Assembly: GCA_964276515.1 (NCBI GenBank)
Contig: OZ193910.1
Location: forward strand, 3,534,001-3,598,000
Origin: Gordius albopunctatus
Taxonomy: Eukaryota
Direction: 5' to 3'
DNA: 64,000 bases
The notes beneath the pieces are model-generated. The model was not told the origin of the DNA. It saw only the letters and a list, made by a program, of their open reading frames with translations, and searched no databases. Shown here in pieces: positions 63,028 to 64,000 of this stretch. Both the position numbers and the translations under genes were made by a program. Positions within the stretch are counted from its first letter, which is position 1, and every line of letters starts with the position of its first letter.

Positions 63028-63996
63028 TCATTCGTTGGAAGTTCCAGGACTATTTGCCGTATCATTTAGGACATGGACAAAATCCCCATTTTCAGTTCCA
63101 AGCATAAAAGAGGAATTTGTGTGCGGGTTGACGGCTATAGCTGTAATGGCAGATTGAATAACTACTTGACTTAGCTCAGATGTGGCAATAGGTCGCCATG
63201 TCTTTATAATCCCTCCACTTTGGGCGTTGTAAATGTAAACTTTGCCATCGCTACTACCTGATAGCAGATATTTACCGTCGGCTGTTTGATCCATGCCTAT
63301 GGCGTAACCTTCTACCTGAATGAGAGATTAGAATTAAATATTACTAACAAAATCGTGAAATAGTTAGGATATATTTGCTTTGCAATTATTATAAGTAAAC
63401 TTTTTTAATAGAATTATATTGGCCCAGTAGAGTTGTTAAATAGCTTGCGTAAGCAATGCTCACTATGTGCTTTGCTGGAGCACGCACACTGAGCTGTTTA
63501 ATATGCTCGTTAGCACGAGTGCTCTCTGTTATGTGCAGTAGGCAGAACAGTAGCATATAAAAATGCTCGAGAGGCGAGTCAAATCAGAAAAATCTGTTCA
63601 AGCATTGACCCGATTGCCCGAGCATTAAACTTGAGCAGATAGCAAATTTAATAGAAGCAATTGCTACAAGTTAGTAACTTTAAATATTTGTTCATATTAT
63701 ATGCCATAAATAAATTAATAACTTTGTCCCCTCTCTTTTTTGTCCCGTTGGTTTCACATTTTAAGTTAAATAATTATAAATATTTTTTAATTAAGTCATT
63801 TTCAGCAACTTAATATAATCAAGGCAGTATATCTAGGTAAGGTTTTTCATAATACCCTATGTCCTTGATATCTTTTATGTTTGTTCATTTTGTATGGAGC
63901 ATTAGCTTGAAATATCGCAACATAATTTCCATTGGACTGGGCATAAAATTCTTTTTTATTTTTGGCCAAGCTCAACTTTGGGCAGGTGTATTTTTC
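63028..63996 (-). CDS. WDR25: WD repeat-containing protein 25, last two exons (63996-63856, 63315-63028); the gene continues beyond the window
   Basis: EKYTCPKLSLAKNKKEFYAQSNGNYVAIFQANAPYKMNKHKRYQGHR/VEGYAIGMDQTADGKYLLSGSSDGKVYIY matches the WDR25 pattern ERFTCPSL...FLAQTNGNYLALF...PYRM..RRRYEGHKVEGYSVG. Phase-0 GT-AG intron at 63855-63316. Confidence 0.88.
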
Positions 63997-64000
63997 CTAA

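Overview
This is AT-rich, transposon-dense eukaryotic DNA, most likely from an invertebrate animal (spliceosomal introns, a 200-N scaffold gap at 38747-38946). Three host genes are recognisable. A three-exon MRPL53 (11657-13400, +) has its first intron almost filled by a complete, intronless, same-strand DPAGT1 ORF (11790-13007). The last two exons of WDR25 lie at 63028-63996 (-). The rest is nested mobile DNA: two near-full-length RTE LINEs, MULE copies, a Rep/Pif1 Helitron, hAT elements and MITEs with verifiable target-site duplications (TSDs), a PIF/Harbinger element, a decayed Ty3/Gypsy element and foldback/satellite elements. Two loci stand out. The first is the MRPL53/DPAGT1 nest, which looks like a splice-versus-intronic-polyadenylation two-gene unit. 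The second is a ~5-kb palindrome (36387-41354) built around an endogenous phenuivirus-like nucleocapsid gene. There the viral DNA is fused to BEL/Pao retrotransposon pieces, including a 32-nt tRNA-Tyr primer copy with a substitution at the m1A58 position and an LTR end-to-start junction. The whole palindrome sits inside a Harbinger element with perfect terminal inverted repeats (TIRs). All family calls rest on manual translation and motif recognition; no database search was run.
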